The notes beneath the pieces are model-generated. The model was given only the letters and a program-made list of their open reading frames with translations. It searched no databases and had not been told where the DNA came from. Shown here one piece after another: positions 59,213-64,000 of a stretch of 64,000 nucleotides of DNA. Positions within the stretch are counted from its first letter, which is position 1. Each line of letters opens with the position of its first letter. Location: the NCBI GenBank assembly GCA_051294375.1, contig CM119269.1, forward strand, positions 6,647,552 through 6,711,551, written 5' to 3'. Source of the DNA: Paraspadella gotoi (lineage: Eukaryota > Animalia > Chaetognatha). Both the position numbers and the translations under genes were made by a program.

Positions 59213-62200
59213 ATGTCAAGGCAAGTCGTTGCATCCGGGTTATACGATGAACGTCCTTGTGACCTCTTTCATTGATTCGCCGAGACCAAATATGATAAGT
59301 GTTGATAATCTAGAGCGCTAAAGTTTACACTATGATAGTGGAACCGAAACTGACGACGAATCACGTTGACGACCATGAAAGCAGGAAAGCATTGTCCGTT
59401 TGCTCTCTTAGTTGAAATACAATCTCATGATGTTTGAGGGATAGTCAACGTCACTCCCACGCAATGGTTCTGGAATATACATTATGCAAGATATATTTAC
59501 TAATTCTTAACTTATAATTTAACCTTGAATTAAAAGAACTGATGCCAGGGACAATGACTATTTCACTTTTTATAACTAAAAACCTAATACAAAGGAAATG
59601 AATCTTATTCTTAATCTTATTCTTAATCAGTTAATTCAAAGAACATGGGCTCCAGAAAAATTGAAAAAGACAAAAGATAACAAAATCTCATCCTTTTCAT
59701 TCTACTCCTTTTCCTCTCAGCGACGAACACGCCGATATTCCGGCCGCTTCACCTGCGGCAGCGTCTTTGGATCAGACTGCCGCCAACTCTGCCGCCGCCG
59801 CCGCCGCCGCCGCCACCGCCGCCACCGCCGGTCTGAAATCCGAAGTGGATACATTTCCGGCGTCGCTTGAAAAGTCAGAAGCGGCGCCGCTGGAAACCGC
59901 GGCATCTTACTCACCCTCTTCGGCCGCCTCTTCCTCTCCTCCTCCTCATCCTCCTCCTCCTTCTTTCCCATCGGCGCCGCCCTTCGTCGCCGGCGTCCAG
60001 GCGTCGGTCATCACAGCGCCACCCGGCGTCGTCGCCTCCAACGTATCGTGGCACGCCCCCGCGGCGACGTCATCGAGGATCGTCTTCGAGACGGCGCCAG
60101 TTTCGTCGCCGCAGGAAGAGGTCGTGGAAGAACCGGTCAACGACGCCCAGAACGCCGCTCAGGTGGCCGCCTGTGACGCCGCTAACGCCGCTGTCCTCGA
60201 CGAAAAGCCCCACCTCGCCTACGTCAACGAAGACGGCGTCGTCAGCGAAGAGTTTCGCGTCGTCGGCGCCAATCATTTCGTCCTCAACGCCGGCACCATC
60301 AATTCCGGCGCCATTAACGCCGTTCAGGGCGGCGTCATTCAAAGCGGAAGCCTCCACGCCTCTTTGGCCCATTGTACTGAAGGTGAGTGAAACAGTATGT
60401 GACTTAGTGAGAAGTTCATGAGCGTGGAGGTGTGTGAGCCAGGAGATTAAGTGAAAGAGTGAGTGAGAGAGTCTGTGAATTCGTGAATGAGTGAGTGAGA
60501 GAGATTGAAAGAGAAGATAAGTGAGTTAGTGACAGAGTGAAGCGATGAGATGATTAGCCAATGATCAACAGGACATAAAAACAAATAAGAGAGCCTAAAA
60601 ACAATAAACAATAAAACATGTATTAAAAATGACAATTTTTTGGGTGTAAAATCTTTGAAATTTTGTGCTAAAAAATCTTACCTATTCTGCAATCACAGTC
60701 GAATTGACATCTCTCTCCTGCGTCCCAACTTCCGCCATTCACTCGCCCGTCATGACGCAGCGCAGCATTCCATCCTCTTCCTCTTCCGCCTCTTCCTCTT
60801 CCTCCACCGCGGCAGCAGCAGCAGCAGCAGCCGCGGCCTCCTACTCCGCCGATCCGGCCGAAGCCGCTCAACAGCACATGATGCAGCAACAACAACAGCA
60901 ACAAGTGGCTCAGCAGCAACAGCAAGTTCAAGAGTTCTTCTCCCACTACGCTCATCATCCCCACGAGGCTCAGATGGCGCAGCAGCATCCCCAGCATCTT
61001 CAGCAACATCAGCAGCACCTGCGGTACTTGGACCGATCGGGAGAGATGGACTCAAGCAGCCCGGCGTCCACGCCGCCGATGGCCCAGCCGGCGCCGGGTT
61101 ACGAGGCCTACGACGCCGGCGGACAAGAGGCGCCGATTAAGGATTCGCCGTCGCCGAGTTCCGCGAGATTGTCGGGCGGCGTCGGCGTCGGCGTCGGCGT
61201 CGGGTCGTCGCCTTCCGGTAGGAAATACTCAGTTTTCCTTTAAAAATGTACAAAATGTACTAAATGTCCTAAATTGAACTAAATTGATCTAATTTCTCCT
61301 CAATTAACTACGCTTACTTACTTCGTTGATATTACTTTTTAATAAATTAATATCACGAAATAATATTTTTTTGAACACTTTTGGAAATCTCTATTATTTT
61401 TGTCTTTTACCTAAGAAAGTTTTACATTTATCTAACTTTCGTGTTCTTTCGTGTTTATCTTTTCATTGCGTTTGAAATTAGAATTAAAGTATAATTTTTT
61501 AAAGACAACGAAATTGTTTTATGTTCGCGCCACGTTAATTTTCAAATCATACGAAATCATGACTTAATGTATGGCCACTCGATTCTGTTTTTCTTTAATT
61601 TTCCATCGACTTTTCTTCTTCTCCCAATCCCAGCTTATCATTTAGACATGTACGCCTCTTCCGGCGTCCTCCAACACGCTGGCGGCGGGGGCGTCGCCAC
61701 CGGCCTCTACACTCCCTCGTCGGCGTCATTGGCTTCCGGCGACGCGGCGTCGTATTACGGAGCGCGGAACGGAAGCGCCGCCGGCGGAATACAGATCCAA
61801 CCTTATCAGGTATAGTTATAAGTTATAGTTTGTTTTGATGTAATTATTTTAAAATCTTATCAATTTTTTAAGTCTGCGACTATATTTATAATATAACGTG
61901 TTTATTTCATATTCGACACAGACTAATCCTACCATTTTCATTCCACCACCACGGTCCACCACTCGACGATCCCCATCCCACTTCCATCCCTCCTCAGTAT
62001 CCTAACGGTTCCACCCACTCGACCGTCTGGTCGACGCCGGAAATGGGCGTGGCCTCTCGCCACGGCGCCGGCATCGGCGCCGCGAGTCCGCGCCCTTACG
62101 TTGCCTACGCTTCATCGTCGTCGTCGTCCACGTCGCCCAACGGTTTCGGCGTCGTCGGCCGCGAGGCGGCGTCGGCAGTGTCGGCGGCGTCGACAGCGCC

Positions 62201-62370
62201 GTCGCCCTACGCCCCCTCCATCTCACACTACGCCTACGATCCCAGCTGGGGCGCCGCTTCTTACGCCGCCGCCCACGCCATTTCGCCCGGCGGCGTCGTT
62301 GGCGCCAACGGTGGCGGCGCCATGTCCCAGTTCGCCGTCAGGAGGGGATCGATGTCGTCCTCGACGTCGG
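59213..62370 (+). CDS. Multi-exon gene (3'-partial): Ser/Ala/Gln-rich regulatory protein, probable GATA4/5/6-class transcription factor N-terminus
   Basis: Phase-compatible exons 59213-59220 (gccATG tca ag|gcaagt), 59721-60382, 60699-61217, 61634-61809 and 61998-62370; a further strong acceptor lies at 63096. The last two exons read MYASSG...GLYTPSS...TVWS...ASPRPY...PSPYAP...PSWGAAS...RRGSMSSSTS. This echoes the GATA4/5/6 N-terminal order MYQS..VYVPT..GWS..SPRF..SPYPAY..SW. No zinc finger is visible in the window, so the family call is inference. Confidence 0.7.
59721..60382 (+). CDS. Ala/Ser/Pro-rich coding exon
   Basis: Acceptor ttcctctcag|, donor |gtgagt; GC-rich with strong NNC codon bias; matches ORF 59767-60390. 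Confidence 0.85.
60699..61217 (+). CDS. PolyS/polyA/polyQ coding exon
   Basis: Acceptor aatcacag|, donor |gtagga; phase 1-1; matches ORF 60665-61243. Confidence 0.85.
61634..61809 (+). CDS. Coding exon (AYHLDMYASSGVLQH...QIQPYQ)
   Basis: Acceptor cccag|, donor |gtatag; phase 1-0; matches ORF 61567-61815. Confidence 0.8.
61998..62370 (+). CDS. Coding exon (YPNGSTHSTVWSTPEMG...RRGSMSSSTS)
   Basis: Acceptor cctcag|, donor |gtaagt; phase 0-1; matches ORF 62043-62474. Confidence 0.85.
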
Positions 62371-62769
62371 GTAAGTTTTTTTCCCTCGTTTCCGATGACA
62401 TCCGGGGCTTCGATCCAAACTCCTTTAATCGTCGGTGTCATCCGGAGATGGATGAAGTTGCTCTATTGATATGATCTTTTGGGCTTTTCTGATTCCAGAA
62501 TAGATATGAAGATATGGTGTTTAGTAAATGACATCTTGATTTCGTAATGGTGACATTGGCCAATGGTTTCCATCTACCATCGTAATCGAAATTAGTCAGC
62601 ACAGTCGCTTCTGGTTCTAAAATTAGTAATCGTGTTCTGCACAATTGGTGGATTTAACTTTTTGTATTGTATATTATATTAATTTCGTCATTACAAATTA
62701 TTGCATGATCTTGATATTTATTTTTTTCCTTTTCTATATTTTCTTTCCATCATTTTCTTTATTTCTTTA

Positions 62770-62900
<131 letters not shown>

Positions 62901-64000
62901 TTTCCCCCCCTCAACCCTACCATCCAACTTTGTTTGGTTTCGGTCGCACGCTGAAAATTTTTTTTTTTAAAGCTAGTAGCTTTTCTGGTTTTCTCCTTTT
63001 TGAAAAAAAGTTGTTTTTTTTTTTAATTTTGTTCCTAATTTCGATATAGTTTTCGGCTTTTCTCTCTTTTCATTTCCCTTTTTTTTTCATTTTCAGCTGA
63101 GATGACTAATGGCGCTTCGGTCGTTTCTCATTTTTCACGTCGCAACTTGTGTTTTCTTTCGGGTACAAAACTTTTCTTCGGTCGTTCATCCCAACTTATT
63201 CTTTTCGAAAGAATTGAAAATCTGAGTGAAGAAATACAATTATAGATTCGCGTTAGTAGTCATAAGTTTATTTATTTTTTATTTTGTTTTGCGCTAAGTA
63301 TAAACAGTGAAAGTTTATACCTGACCAAAGTCGAATTGAGTCAAATCCTTAAAAAAAAGTTATTTTTACCAAAAAAATATTCTTTTTTTTTGGGTGAGAT
63401 TTATATTTTTTCTTCTGAGATCGAATTTCTAATGGATTTTTACTTAGGTTTTTTTCGGTTTTTCAAAATCCCAGCCGGGTGATTTCAATTCAGTCTCGCA
63501 ATATAAAATTATATTTTTTGGGGGGCTATAAAAACAAATATTTCACTCTTAATTCTAATTCTTTGAAATTTATGGTATCAAATATCGTAAAGATTGTCTC
63601 TTATTCTTTTTTTTTCCCTCTGTCCTTCTTTCCTCCTATCATCCTTTCTTTCTCTTCTCCCCTCTCCCTCCTCCCTTTTCTTCTCCTCTTCCTCCTCCTC
63701 TTCCTCCTCCTCTTCCTCCTCCATTTCCATGAGCCTCGCTCTCGAGTTTCCTTCAGACTCGGTTGTCGTTTTGTCTTCTTCCGCCGCGATGAACCGCATT
63801 AACCACACCCTGTTAGACTAATGCATAATGGTAACACGAACCGCGACGATGACGACGACGACGACGACTATCGCTTTGACGCTCTCAATGCTCTTGACAT
63901 TGACGACGACGACAACTCTCTCAAAATAGGGAATGTGTTCCGCCACTAACCCAATCATATATCATATATCACATGTATATCACACAATTAATAAGTTTTG

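Overview
This is AT-rich animal (metazoan) draft-genome sequence, full of (GA)n, (GAC)n and (TTTC)n microsatellites and N gaps. Almost all ORFs in the supplied track are microsatellite noise. I can support two spliced + strand genes. The first (151-~4245, 5'-incomplete) encodes a type II membrane protein with a very divergent fibrinogen-related domain (FReD) interrupted by long charged inserts. The second (59213->62370, 3'-incomplete) encodes a Ser/Ala/Gln-rich protein whose last visible exons resemble the GATA4/5/6 N-terminus; its first intron is probably GC-AG. Other candidates are a minus-strand Ala-Asp-X tripeptide-repeat exon (~11820-12430, mostly hidden in a gap), a multi-hairpin tRNA-like SINE/ncRNA (4329-4523), and a 2259-bp DNA transposon with a 7-bp TSD seen in both filled and empty states. 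About 14-51 kb is one ~10.5-kb segment repeated several times: a near-identical tandem copy, partial copies and a noisy inverted copy. These are bounded by exactly-25-N gaps and fold-backs, most likely long-read gap-filling/haplotype artefacts rather than real duplications. I found no convincing wholly novel multi-gene system; the best leads are the split FReD, the structured element and the Asp tripeptide-repeat protein. All gene models were spliced by eye.
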